Source: Candidatus Subterrananammoxibius californiae (GTDB taxonomy: Bacteria > Planctomycetota > Brocadiia > Brocadiales > Subterrananammoxibiaceae). Taken from it: a DNA stretch of 64,000 nt. Shown here one piece after another: positions 9,515 through 18,822 of the stretch. A model generated the notes under the pieces. That model worked only from the letters and a program-made list of their open reading frames with translations. It was not told the origin of the DNA and did no database searches. Positions within the stretch are counted from its first letter, which is position 1. Each line of letters opens with the position of its first letter. The DNA is taken from assembly GCA_030586555.1 (NCBI GenBank), contig JAURAC010000002.1, positions 1 through 64,000 of the forward strand, written 5' to 3'. The position numbers and the translations under genes were made by a program.

Positions 9515-10609
9515 ATGGGGAAAAAGCAAATGCCAATATTTGAAGACCCTTTGAAACAAAAATACAAAATTGACTGTGATGATTTAAAAAAGATTTTTAA
9601 TGAGTTCAATGCAATAACAGGGCAAAATTTAAAAGAAATCGAACGCCTTTTAGAACAAGTACGAAATGGTGAGAAGGATTTTTCTCATAAACATTTAGGT
9701 AATATCCAAGATGAAAAATATTGGAGTGGGAAGTTTCCATTTGAGCCCTTCCCATCATTGAATGAGAATGAAAAGAAAATTTCTGCTATTGCAAAAGCCA
9801 TAAAAAATCGAAATGAGAGAGAAGCTTGTATTCGAACATTATATAGTATTTTAGGAAGAATTGAACATGTTTCATTAATTCTGCGTTTTGTTGACCCTGA
9901 CGATTTTGCACTGTTTTCTCCCCACTCAATGATAATTCTGGGAACAAAAAGAACTCGTGATATTGTAAATACTTATGTTAATTACTTAAAGGATTTGGAA
10001 GAGATTAAGGAAAAAAGTAAAGGAGAATTTCCACGGATTGCAGATATTGACCATACAATATATCTTTTGAGCATCCTGGATGGAAACCCTGACTTAAAAC
10101 CGAAAACAGAACCAAAAACTCCTCTCAGCAAAATTTATGAAATGAAAAATGATCTTTTGGGACGAATAGATTCATTGATAATGAAAATTAAAGTAATAAA
10201 TTTACTTGGCGATAGTTGGGAAAAAGACCCGACAACAGTAGCAAGGTCATTTCTCGGTAAAAATAATAGTATCGCCAGTGTGTTGGCTGGAGATATATTG
10301 AAAGAACGCATACGTCAAATTTGTAAATATTTAGACGTCAAGGAATACGATGAAGGTAAGAATCGATATAAATATTTTGATGAAAAAGTTGATGAGTTTG
10401 AAAGAGAAGGACATATTACAACTGAAGAAGCGGATAATTTCAAGGTTGCATGGGGATTCAGGACTGATATTATTGCCATTTTCGCGGGTAACAAATTCTA
10501 CCCTCCAGAAAATGAGTTGGAAAAAATGGCGTCAGAACTAATAAAAGCAGCAGAAAAAGCTTCAGATAAACTTAAGGAAATCAAGGACAGTAGTGGAAAA
10601 CGCCAATGA
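9515..10609 (+). CDS. Hypothetical protein (AT-rich; possible HhH-like N-terminal part and degenerate HEPN-like C-terminal part)
   Basis: 364 aa open frame; only weak motif resemblance. Confidence 0.7.
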   Translation: MGKKQMPIFEDPLKQKYKIDCDDLKKIFNEFNAITGQNLKEIERLLEQVRNGEKDFSHKHLGNIQDEKYWSGKFPFEPFPSLNENEKKISAIAKAIKNRNEREACIRTLYSILGRIEHVSLILRFVDPDDFALFSPHSMIILGTKRTRDIVNTYVNYLKDLEEIKEKSKGEFPRIADIDHTIYLLSILDGNPDLKPKTEPKTPLSKIYEMKNDLLGRIDSLIMKIKVINLLGDSWEKDPTTVARSFLGKNNSIASVLAGDILKERIRQICKYLDVKEYDEGKNRYKYFDEKVDEFEREGHITTEEADNFKVAWGFRTDIIAIFAGNKFYPPENELEKMASELIKAAEKASDKLKEIKDSSGKRQ

Positions 10610-10821
10610 TGAACAAGCTGAGTTATATAATAATTTTTTCTATATTATTTAGTGGATGCGCTTATAATGGTTCTTATGAAAGCACAGAACCAACCCAGCT
10701 TAAGAGATACAACATTTACGACAAAAATGGGCATAGAGTCGGTACGATTAAAGAGAAGGATGGCAGGTTAGAAGTTTACGATAAGAATTCGCATCGAGTC
10801 GGAACAATTATAGAAAGATGA
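10606..10821 (+). CDS. Small lipoprotein with an internal duplication
   Basis: Lipobox LFSGC; YDKNGHRVGTI and YDKNSHRVGTI repeats. Confidence 0.7.
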   Translation: MMNKLSYIIIFSILFSGCAYNGSYESTEPTQLKRYNIYDKNGHRVGTIKEKDGRLEVYDKNSHRVGTIIER

Positions 10822-10865
10822 AAGAACCGAAAATAAATAGAAAAAGATATTTGTTGTTGGCTATA

Positions 10866-10922
10866 TTACCCCTCGCTATGATGTATCCCAAATAGTTTTC
10901 GGATGGTTTCGGCGTGTTCGTA
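10866..10922 (-). repeat. Diverged duplicate of the hemA 3' end (att-like scar)
   Basis: 10873-10915 matches 11370-11412 at 39/43 nt. Translates YEHAETIRKLFGIHHSEG* versus HemA YRYAETIRKLFGIHHNEEG. Confidence 0.85.
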
Positions 10923-10947
10923 TTACAGGTTCACAGCGCGCAATTTC

Positions 10948-11322
10948 CTACCCAATCTTTTCAATGAAAGCTCTTGCGGCTTTCAAGATGTCTTTAATGA
11001 CATCCACATGTGTTAAAAGACCTCTATAATATCCAGCTATATGTAACTCCTCATAAAGTGTTTCAAACTCTCTTAAAAGTTTTCCATCATGCACTGCTAA
11101 ATATTTCTGTAGCACTTTTCTATACGCATCGACTGATTTTGGAAGTTCTTTTTTGCTTAACCCTTTGTTCAGTAAATATCCATCTATTGCTTTCAGCACC
11201 GCAATGTATGCAATTCCACATGCTTCACGCACATATTTTTTGTCTGCATATATATCACCCTCTATCGGTGCAGCCTTTAATATCTCTTTTGCATTATTTA
11301 AATACCTTAATGCCTCTTTCAT
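10948..11322 (-). CDS. DUF5618-like (HEPN-related) small protein
   Basis: MKEALRYLNNAKEIL...Y.DKKYVR.ACG.AY...YEELHIAGYY.G. ATG 11322 is preferred because the longer ORF overlaps hemA. Confidence 0.75.
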   Translation of the reverse strand: MKEALRYLNNAKEILKAAPIEGDIYADKKYVREACGIAYIAVLKAIDGYLLNKGLSKKELPKSVDAYRKVLQKYLAVHDGKLLREFETLYEELHIAGYYRGLLTHVDVIKDILKAARAFIEKIG

Positions 11323-11336
11323 TTTAAAGTTCCTCT

Positions 11337-11364
11337 GTAGGGGCAATTCATGAATTGCTCCTAC
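11337..11364. repeat. GTAG-family palindrome that contains the hemA stop codon
   Basis: GTAGGGGCAATTCATGAATTGCTCCTAC. Confidence 0.85.
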
Positions 11365-12661
11365 CCTCTTCGTTATGATGAATCCCAAAGAGTTTTCGGA
11401 TGGTCTCGGCGTATCGGTAGGCGCTGCCGTTTTTTGCCTCCTCCTTGCCAACCTTTGCGGGTTCGTGAAGAAGTTTGTTCAGGGTGCGCTCCATGGTGTA
11501 AACGACCTGTTCCCAATCATCCCCTTTTACTTCCTTCAATTTGGGTCTTAACCTGTCTAATTCCTCCTTACCTATTGCATGGAAGTGTTCGCGAAGCTTT
11601 TGAATCACAGGACCAATTTTTATCTCCTCGAGCCATCCCATGAATTCATTCACCTCTTTGTCTATTATTGCTTTGCACTTCTCCATTTCTTTAGCCCGTT
11701 CGTCAATATTCTTATTTACAACGCTTTGCAAATCGTCAATATTATATAAATAAACGTTATCTATTTTACCTACTTCGGGGTCAATGTCTCTCGGCACGGC
11801 AATGTCAATCATAAAGATAGGATTACCTCTGCGTGCCTTGATGGCGTGCGCAACATATTCGGGATGAATTACGTAGTGAGGTGCGGCTGTTGAGCTAATA
11901 ACGATGTCGGCATGAGGCAGGTAATCAGTAAGCAAATCGTACTTTATTGCCTTTCCTCCATATTCATTGGCGAGGGCTTGTGCCCTGTCGAAGCTGCGAT
12001 TTGCCATCACTATGGTTGCCATACCTTGTTCAACGAGCTGTTTTAGAACCAATTCGCACATCTCGCCAGCGCCGATTATAAGAGCGGTCTTGTTGGAAAA
12101 ATCCTGGAAGATTTTTTCTGCAAACTCAACTGCCACTGAACTCACTGAGACCTTTCCCTTGCCAATCATGCTATTTGTGTGTATTTCCTTAGCCACATTG
12201 ATTGCCTTTTGAAATAGACGGTTTAAGACCTTCCCTGCCGTCTCTGCTGCAGATGCAATCAGATACGCCTCCTTTACCTGAGAAAGAATCTGCGACTCTC
12301 CCACGACCATTGAATCGAGGCTTGATGTTACAAAAAACAGATGGTTTACCGCCTCAACATCCTGGTAGCAGTAGACATGGCTGGCAAACTTTTCCTTCTC
12401 CAATTTATGGAACTCCGACAAAAAATCAATCAACTGTTCAGGGGATATAGAATTCCCATTGAAAGCGGTTACGTCCGCCGTAGGCGTGGATGTGTACATC
12501 TCCACACGGTTGCAGGTGGAGAGTATCGCTACCTCGCTCGAAGGGAATTTCTCACGATGCAGGGCAAGGGCATTTGGAATATTGGCAGGGCTAAATGCCA
12601 GTTTTTCCCTTACTTCTACAGGAGCAGATTTATGATTTATGCCAACAACTAAAAGACTCAT
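11348..12661 (-). CDS. hemA: Glutamyl-tRNA reductase
   Basis: GINHKSAPVEVREKLAF, LSTCNRVE, LDSMVVGESQIL.QVK, IGAGEM, DIAVPRDI. Confidence 0.97.
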   Translation of the reverse strand: MSLLVVGINHKSAPVEVREKLAFSPANIPNALALHREKFPSSEVAILSTCNRVEMYTSTPTADVTAFNGNSISPEQLIDFLSEFHKLEKEKFASHVYCYQDVEAVNHLFFVTSSLDSMVVGESQILSQVKEAYLIASAAETAGKVLNRLFQKAINVAKEIHTNSMIGKGKVSVSSVAVEFAEKIFQDFSNKTALIIGAGEMCELVLKQLVEQGMATIVMANRSFDRAQALANEYGGKAIKYDLLTDYLPHADIVISSTAAPHYVIHPEYVAHAIKARRGNPIFMIDIAVPRDIDPEVGKIDNVYLYNIDDLQSVVNKNIDERAKEMEKCKAIIDKEVNEFMGWLEEIKIGPVIQKLREHFHAIGKEELDRLRPKLKEVKGDDWEQVVYTMERTLNKLLHEPAKVGKEEAKNGSAYRYAETIRKLFGIHHNEEGRSNS

Positions 12662-13536
12662 TACTCTTCAATTCCTTCGCTCCATACAATGCCTGTCTTT
12701 TCAGGTATCTTTTGAAATCCATGTTCAGAACCCAAAAAGAACGTTCCAAGAAATGTAACGAGCACAAGTACGAAGCCTGCTATTGTAAGGCAGGCAACCT
12801 TTGTTCCGTGAAATGATGCCCCCAACCGCAGGTGCAGTAACGCCGCATAAATAAGCCACGTCGCCGTCCCGAATAATACCTTTGGGTCTAAATACCATGT
12901 TTCACCGAGGACGTTTGACACCTTAACCCAGAAGGTTCCGCAAACAAGGCCCAGTGTAAGCAACGGAAAGCCAAATGTAATGGATTTCCACATTATACTG
13001 TCCAGGGTTTCAAGCGGCGGCAAATGCTCCCACAGCGAGCCAAATGCCTTTATTTTCAATTGTCTTTCCTGGGTCAAATACATTATGCTTACAATGAATG
13101 CTACGGCAAAGGATGCGTATCCAAAGAATATCGGGATTATGTGTGCGATTAGCCAGAATCTCTGAAGATTCGTGGCAATGGTCAAATCGCTCCATACAAG
13201 CAGTATTCCAGCACAGGATAGAAGCGCCACAAAGGGCATCAAAAAGGCGCCCAATGATGGTATATTGTGTATATAATGCAAGGTATTAAATACAAATAGG
13301 ATGCACCAAACAAGGAGAATAAAGGACTCAAACAGGTTTGTAATCGGGATATTTCCAGCCCTTACGCCCAAAAAGACGAGTAACCCGGTGTGAAAGCAAA
13401 GTCCAGCAAGCATGAAGTATCTTGCCATGTTACGGTGGAACTTTGCCGGGCTAAATATATTCCCTACCTCCCATACCGAACTCAGTACGTAAAGTAGTAT
13501 TACAGAAAAGAATATAAAATGAATTAAAGTAAGCAT
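12661..13536 (-). CDS. ccsA: Cytochrome c assembly protein (CcsA/HemX-like)
   Basis: Multi-TM protein; P.TNLFES, AHI, LPPLETLD, GFPLLTLGL..G..W, W.LDPK; coupled to hemA. Confidence 0.88.
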   Translation of the reverse strand: MLTLIHFIFFSVILLYVLSSVWEVGNIFSPAKFHRNMARYFMLAGLCFHTGLLVFLGVRAGNIPITNLFESFILLVWCILFVFNTLHYIHNIPSLGAFLMPFVALLSCAGILLVWSDLTIATNLQRFWLIAHIIPIFFGYASFAVAFIVSIMYLTQERQLKIKAFGSLWEHLPPLETLDSIMWKSITFGFPLLTLGLVCGTFWVKVSNVLGETWYLDPKVLFGTATWLIYAALLHLRLGASFHGTKVACLTIAGFVLVLVTFLGTFFLGSEHGFQKIPEKTGIVWSEGIEE

Positions 13537-13607
13537 ATTCAATTCTCAATTATACAGTTATATATAAGTTCAGTCAACCCGAAAGTGGAGTAGGTGAAAA
13601 CACGCAG

Positions 13608-14450
13608 CTACAAGGGGGAATTGCCTAAGTGCACCTCAATGTGTTCCATCGTTATTGTGTTAGACTTTTTAACCAGGCTGAAGCCGACCAGCCACAATAA
13701 AGTACCTAAAATTGAAAGTCCTATAAGACCAAGAAGATACTCGCCAATATAAAATGTTATAGTTACATTGAAAATCATGGTGCAGAAATAAAGCGCAGGG
13801 CCTATCAACGCCTTGTATGGAACGTACCGTGTGCCGCCACAGGGTTTTTTGGAGTTGCTTAAAAGACCATCCACAAATTGAAAGATACAGAAAGTTACTA
13901 AACCCACAACAGTCCATCCCAGGAAATTTGCCACAGGAACCCCAAAGTATAGCCCCTCGTATGGATACCCATAAATCTGCCCGAGAAACCAGCGGGAACC
14001 CCTCAGCGCCAACGGGTCAGCAATAACATCCTGTAATACAAACAAGATAACCGAGAGCGCCAGCACAGAGCCGGAACGTCGAATCGCACCATTATCTGCC
14101 AACTGAACATCATATCCCCTCTGCACAACGGGCAACCTGAACAAGAGCGCCATGGAATAGCTGAAATAGGCAAGAAATGTATAAGAAAGGGAGTCCATAA
14201 GCGGGACATTGGATATCCACAATTCTTTGTTTCTTGTCGCTTCAATGTAGTAATAATACCCGTATGGGATGCCAATCCTTGTGGAAGCAAACTCTGAGAT
14301 GAAGGCTATAAAATAACCAAGCACCGTAAATATGATTATTTTCCTCAAACCAAGTTGTAAACTTCCAGCCACTATGTGGAAAGCAAAAAGGGCAAACACA
14401 TACGGTCTGAGCATTAATGTTGATAGGAGTAAAGTAAGAAAATCTATCAT
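13608..14450 (-). CDS. CruF-like (carotenoid biosynthesis/DUF422) membrane protein
   Basis: SEF.STR.GIPYG.Y.Y, VP...SY, D...DP.A, YFGVP..NFLGW. Confidence 0.8.
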   Translation of the reverse strand: MIDFLTLLLSTLMLRPYVFALFAFHIVAGSLQLGLRKIIIFTVLGYFIAFISEFASTRIGIPYGYYYYIEATRNKELWISNVPLMDSLSYTFLAYFSYSMALLFRLPVVQRGYDVQLADNGAIRRSGSVLALSVILFVLQDVIADPLALRGSRWFLGQIYGYPYEGLYFGVPVANFLGWTVVGLVTFCIFQFVDGLLSNSKKPCGGTRYVPYKALIGPALYFCTMIFNVTITFYIGEYLLGLIGLSILGTLLWLVGFSLVKKSNTITMEHIEVHLGNSPL

Positions 14451-14704
14451 ATCATTTGTCCTACGTCTGTATCCAAAACATCCTTTTTAAAGTTGCGTAA
14501 TTTATAACCTTTTACATTACAGCCCTCTTAATGTCAAGATGAATAAGCAATGGTTTATCTCTCGAATGCTCTTTGGCAAACAAGCATCAAGAATTGTAAA
14601 TTGCAAAATGAAAATTTAAAATTTGCCCTCTTCATTTTACAATTCATAGGTTATTCGTTATAACGCTTGAACTAAAAAATGGGGAAACTCCACCTCTTTT
14701 CGCA

Positions 14705-14733
14705 TTGACAAAGAATAACTTAGGGCTTATAAT
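14705..14733 (+). promoter_or_regulatory. Consensus sigma70 promoter
   Basis: Perfect TTGACA-N17-TATAAT. Confidence 0.8.
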
Positions 14734-14768
14734 AAAACTTCACGGCTATGAAAAGTAGGTGCGGAATT

Positions 14769-14796
14769 AAAAAGCATGTTCGAAGAACATGCTTTT
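14769..14796 (+). terminator. Terminator-like hairpin in the leader of the DHH gene
   Basis: AAAAGCATGTTC-GAA-GAACATGCTTTT followed by T-rich sequence. Confidence 0.5.
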
Positions 14797-14873
14797 ACGC
14801 TTTTTATATCGCCAGACTGGTACGCAGGGATGGTTCTACATACTATAGACCTTTTTAACAGGAAGGTTAGGTA

Positions 14874-16340
14874 ATGTACATAATCCTCGGTAGTGGAATT
14901 GTAAGCAGTTCCGTTGCCATTTCGCTTAACCAGGCGGGAAAAGAAGTCCTCGTCATTGATAAGAATGAGAAGGCATTGGATAGCTTAAAGGAACTCAATA
15001 TTCAGACAAAGGTTGCCGATATTGGTCGCCTCATCTGGGATGAGAATTCCCTGTTAGAAAAGTCCCAGGCGATTGCAATACTTTCCGAAAATGTCAATGA
15101 TAACCTCAAGGCGCTAAGGAGTATAAGGGATAAGTCTCATGAGAAATTTGTTATTGTTAGCGCAGCAGATGCAAAGGAAGCTACAGACTTGCTTAAGAAT
15201 GGGGCTGATGTCGCAATAAAGGTCGAAAATGTGTTAGCAAAGGAAGTAGTTACGGAATTAGAAAACATAGAGATACGGCAGTCATCTTCCGCCCTTATAG
15301 AGACAATCAAAGAAGCAGGCGATAAAGGGATTGCAATCTTTTTGCAGGATAATCCAGACCCGGATGCAATAGCCTCTGGTATGGCATTAAAACGTATAGT
15401 TGAACAGTATGATATAAAAGCGAAGATATACTACGGTGGTAATATTGGCCATCAGCAAAACAAAGCCCTTGTTAACCTGCTTAATACAGAACTCTTCCAA
15501 TTACGTACACCTGCCGAAGCAATGGACATGGTGCGTTCTGCTGGCAAGACTGCATTAGTAGAAGCTTCTATACCTTCAAAAAACAATATCCTGCCAGTGG
15601 ATGTTGTGCCCGATATAATCTTTGACCATCACCAGACAGACCTTGATTTGGTGAAAGGACACTTTGTTGATATTAGAACGAAGATAGGGGCAAACTCCAC
15701 TATATTGACCGGTTATATCCAGCAGTTAGGGATACCCCTTGACCCTCCACTTGCAACTGCACTTATTTATGGCATAAAGTCGGATACTAATGGGTTTACA
15801 CGTAATACTACCACCCCCGATTGGGAAGCCGTTGCCTTTTTATCCCCCGCTGTTGATGTAAACCTCCTGCATCAGATAGAGACGCCTCCCAGAAGCCCTG
15901 AAACTATTGACATCATCGGTAGAGCAATCCGCAACAGGGAAATAAAGGGCTCGTACCTTGTATCCTTCGTGGAGTTTATAAATGATAGGGATGCTTTGCC
16001 TCAGGCTGCAGACTTGCTGTTACAGCTTGAGGGTGTGGATACGGTACTCGTTTTTGGCATAAGTGAGGATAGAATTCAACTTTCGGCAAGAAGTAGAGAC
16101 CCGAGGGTAAACTTGGGCATAATACTGCAAAAGACTTTTGGCAAAAGCGCTGGTGGACACGCCACCATGGCTGGCGGTACTATTGACCTCGGCATCCTTA
16201 GTGATGCAAGCGACAAAAAGGCACTGCTGAAAGTAACCTCTGAAGCTGTTAAGAAAAAATTCTTTTCCTCTGTGGGAGTAGAATTTGAGAAGGAGGAACC
16301 ATCTGAAGAATCTCCATCTACTAACGGAAATAATAGGTAG
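14874..16340 (+). CDS. TrkA-N (RCK) domain plus DHH/DHHA1 phosphoesterase
   Basis: N-terminal Rossmann-like IILGSG; DNPDPDA, FDHH, YGIKSDT, SARS, GGH...AGG. Confidence 0.88.
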   Translation: MYIILGSGIVSSSVAISLNQAGKEVLVIDKNEKALDSLKELNIQTKVADIGRLIWDENSLLEKSQAIAILSENVNDNLKALRSIRDKSHEKFVIVSAADAKEATDLLKNGADVAIKVENVLAKEVVTELENIEIRQSSSALIETIKEAGDKGIAIFLQDNPDPDAIASGMALKRIVEQYDIKAKIYYGGNIGHQQNKALVNLLNTELFQLRTPAEAMDMVRSAGKTALVEASIPSKNNILPVDVVPDIIFDHHQTDLDLVKGHFVDIRTKIGANSTILTGYIQQLGIPLDPPLATALIYGIKSDTNGFTRNTTTPDWEAVAFLSPAVDVNLLHQIETPPRSPETIDIIGRAIRNREIKGSYLVSFVEFINDRDALPQAADLLLQLEGVDTVLVFGISEDRIQLSARSRDPRVNLGIILQKTFGKSAGGHATMAGGTIDLGILSDASDKKALLKVTSEAVKKKFFSSVGVEFEKEEPSEESPSTNGNNR

Positions 16341-17499
16341 AAACTCGAAGCAAAATGCCCTTACTCGGTCTTTCTACATTTTGACCTTTTTTCTTACTGC
16401 TTGCTGTCTACTGTCTACTGTACTGTTAGAAAACATCTATGCCCAGACCACAAGTTCACCATGGCCAATGTATCGGTACAATTCAAGACGTAGCGGGTTA
16501 ACCCCACTTTCAGGTTCACCTACAAATAACCTTAAATGGGCCTGCCAAACTGGTGGTCCAATATCATCCTCTCCAAGTATCGGGGCTGATGGAACCATTT
16601 ATGTAGGTTCAAAGGATAAGAATCTCTACGCCGTAACCCCAAATGGTAATGTCAAATGGAGTCTGGAAACAGGGGATGAGATAGACTCTTCACCTGCACT
16701 GGGTCCTGATGGAACTATATATGTGGGCTCGTGGGACGGCAAACTCTACGCAATAAACCCCGACAGTACAATCAAATGGACATATCAAAGTGACGGAGGC
16801 ATAGCATCCTCGCCTGTACTCGACCCGCCAGATGCGGGCGGAAACATCTATGTATGCTCATGGGATAGTAAGCTCCATGCGATAGGTTATGATGGCAGCC
16901 CTAAATGGACCTTCCGAACAAGAGACCGTATCATATCCTCCCCCGCTATTGGCAATAATGGCGTCATATACTTCGGCTCAGAGGATGCAAGTATATATGC
17001 AATTAACCCGGATGGCAGCCCAAGATGGGGATTTCAAACGCACTATATCATTAATACCTCTCCTGCCATCGGAGAAGACGGAACAATTTATATAGGTTCA
17101 GAGGACAAAAACCTCTATGCCTTAAAATCGGATGGAAGCCTTAAATGGACGTATGATGCACCGTCCGATATTGATTCTTCAGCCGGTATTGGGCATGATG
17201 GCAGTATCTTCTTCGGTAACGGTGATGGCACAATTTATGCAATAAGCCCCGATGGCAAAGAGAAATGGAATTACCCAACAGGCTCCACGATTATTTCTTC
17301 CCCTGTTATAGATGGCAATGGAACTATATATGTGGGGTCAAGAAACCATAAATTTTATGCTATAAACCCTAACGGAACACTTAAATGGAGTTTTGAAACA
17401 GGTGGACCAATCGAATCATCCCCCGCAATAGGCACTGACGGCACAATCTACGTAACCTCATACGACGGAAAACTCTATGCTATTGGTAGTAAACAGTAA
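16285..17499 (+). CDS. PQQ-like beta-propeller repeat protein (start uncertain)
   Basis: SPWPM.R....R.G followed by eight repeats of SSPAIG.DGTIYVGS.D..LYAINPDG..KW. Confidence 0.9.
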   Translation: MRRRNHLKNLHLLTEIIGRNSKQNALTRSFYILTFFLTACCLLSTVLLENIYAQTTSSPWPMYRYNSRRSGLTPLSGSPTNNLKWACQTGGPISSSPSIGADGTIYVGSKDKNLYAVTPNGNVKWSLETGDEIDSSPALGPDGTIYVGSWDGKLYAINPDSTIKWTYQSDGGIASSPVLDPPDAGGNIYVCSWDSKLHAIGYDGSPKWTFRTRDRIISSPAIGNNGVIYFGSEDASIYAINPDGSPRWGFQTHYIINTSPAIGEDGTIYIGSEDKNLYALKSDGSLKWTYDAPSDIDSSAGIGHDGSIFFGNGDGTIYAISPDGKEKWNYPTGSTIISSPVIDGNGTIYVGSRNHKFYAINPNGTLKWSFETGGPIESSPAIGTDGTIYVTSYDGKLYAIGSKQ

Positions 17500-17516
17500 A
17501 CAGGGATTTTATCCAA

Positions 17517-18185
17517 ATGCTAAAGAGAAAATATCTTTTTATCCTCCTTGTTATATCCCTTCAGGCTTTTATTCTTTCTCTCGAAGCTGCTGCTGAACAC
17601 AAACATCATGAAATTAAAGATACGGCAGCTTATATCGCCATGCTGGAAGACCCTGCACGGAAGGATTGGCAAAAGCCTTTGGAGGTGCTTAAAGCGCTCA
17701 ACCCGCCTAAGGCGGGTACGGTGGCAGATATAGGGGCTGGTTCGGGTTATTTTTCCATTCTTTTTGCAGAAGCAGTTGGTAAAAATGGTGTAGTATATGC
17801 AATAGATATTGACGAGAAGCTGCTGGATTATTTAAAGGAGCGGGCTGAAGTGGCAGGTATTAAAAATATCAAAATTGTCAAATCCGAGCCAGATAATCCC
17901 CTTCTTGCGTCCACGTCTGTTGACCTTGTGTTTATATGCAACACATGGCATCATATTGAAAAGAGGGACAAGTACCTTCAACTGCTTCATGAATCGTTAA
18001 AGCCCGATGGAAAGCTTGTAATGGTTGATTATATATATCAGGAAACACCGTTTGGGCCACCGTTAAGCGAAAGAATCCCCAGTGAAAAACTCATCGAAGA
18101 ATGTAAGCAAGGAAATTTTAGCCTCTACGGAGAATACTACTTTCTCCCCTACCAATATTTCTTAATCTTTTCCAAGATGAAGTGA
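17517..18185 (+). CDS. Class I SAM-dependent methyltransferase with signal peptide
   Basis: VADIGAGSGYF, VYAIDID, LKPDG. Confidence 0.9.
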   Translation: MLKRKYLFILLVISLQAFILSLEAAAEHKHHEIKDTAAYIAMLEDPARKDWQKPLEVLKALNPPKAGTVADIGAGSGYFSILFAEAVGKNGVVYAIDIDEKLLDYLKERAEVAGIKNIKIVKSEPDNPLLASTSVDLVFICNTWHHIEKRDKYLQLLHESLKPDGKLVMVDYIYQETPFGPPLSERIPSEKLIEECKQGNFSLYGEYYFLPYQYFLIFSKMK

Positions 18186-18204
18186 AGGCAATTCCATGGG
18201 CCTT

Positions 18205-18822
18205 TCAATGGTACGGGATAGGTTTGTTCTTCTTTATGCAATTTTTGCCTACCCTTAAGAGGGCGCATTCGAGGCGAACAAAGTCCTTGCTTTTGCGATT
18301 TAGTTTTTTTAAGTCTATCTTGAGTGTCTTTGCCGCTAATTTTGTATACGGATTTATTTCCGGGTCTGCCTTTTGCCATACGTGACGCAACTCTCGAAGG
18401 AATATATTCACAGTTACGGGCCCTATGCCTCTAAATTCCATTAGTTTATTTTCCAGTTCCTTTGCGTCTTTTGCCTTATTATATAGCTCTGTAAGGCTGC
18501 CATATTCCTTGAGTAGTTTTTCCATAAGTTCGAGCAGTTTGTCTGCGGTGCTAAAGTCATATCTTGCATATCCACCAGCATCTAAGATTTGAACAAGGCG
18601 GTCCCAGCCAGCCTTGAGTATAGCTTGAGGGGTTAAAATCCCTGCCTTTTCAAATTCCTTATACGTCCTTGCCGCAATATTTTCACCTATCCTTTTGCCA
18701 AATAGCAAACTTGCAAGAAACCACTTGAAGATTTCTCCTTCCTTTTTGCTGTCGAGGTTAATTCCCAATTGCTCTGAATAAAGCTCTCCAAATTTGTTTA
18801 TAATTGTACGGATGTTATTCAT
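18205..18822 (-). CDS. Helix-hairpin-helix (HhH-GPD/endonuclease III-like) protein
   Basis: FKWFLAS.LFG.RI, GGY.RYD.STA, FRGIGPVTVNIFLRE. Confidence 0.7.
   Translation of the reverse strand: MNNIRTIINKFGELYSEQLGINLDSKKEGEIFKWFLASLLFGKRIGENIAARTYKEFEKAGILTPQAILKAGWDRLVQILDAGGYARYDFSTADKLLELMEKLLKEYGSLTELYNKAKDAKELENKLMEFRGIGPVTVNIFLRELRHVWQKADPEINPYTKLAAKTLKIDLKKLNRKSKDFVRLECALLRVGKNCIKKNKPIPYH

Noticed and set aside
7845..10821. Integron cassette array (co-oriented small genes, hairpin at 9427-9473)
   Set aside because: No RYYYAAC...GTTRRRY attC boundaries were recognised and there is no integrase.
16450..17499. Internal DNA repeats in the PQQ-like and TPR genes as diversity-generating retroelement repeats
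   Set aside because: They are ordinary protein-domain repeats with no adenine-specific variation and no reverse transcriptase nearby.
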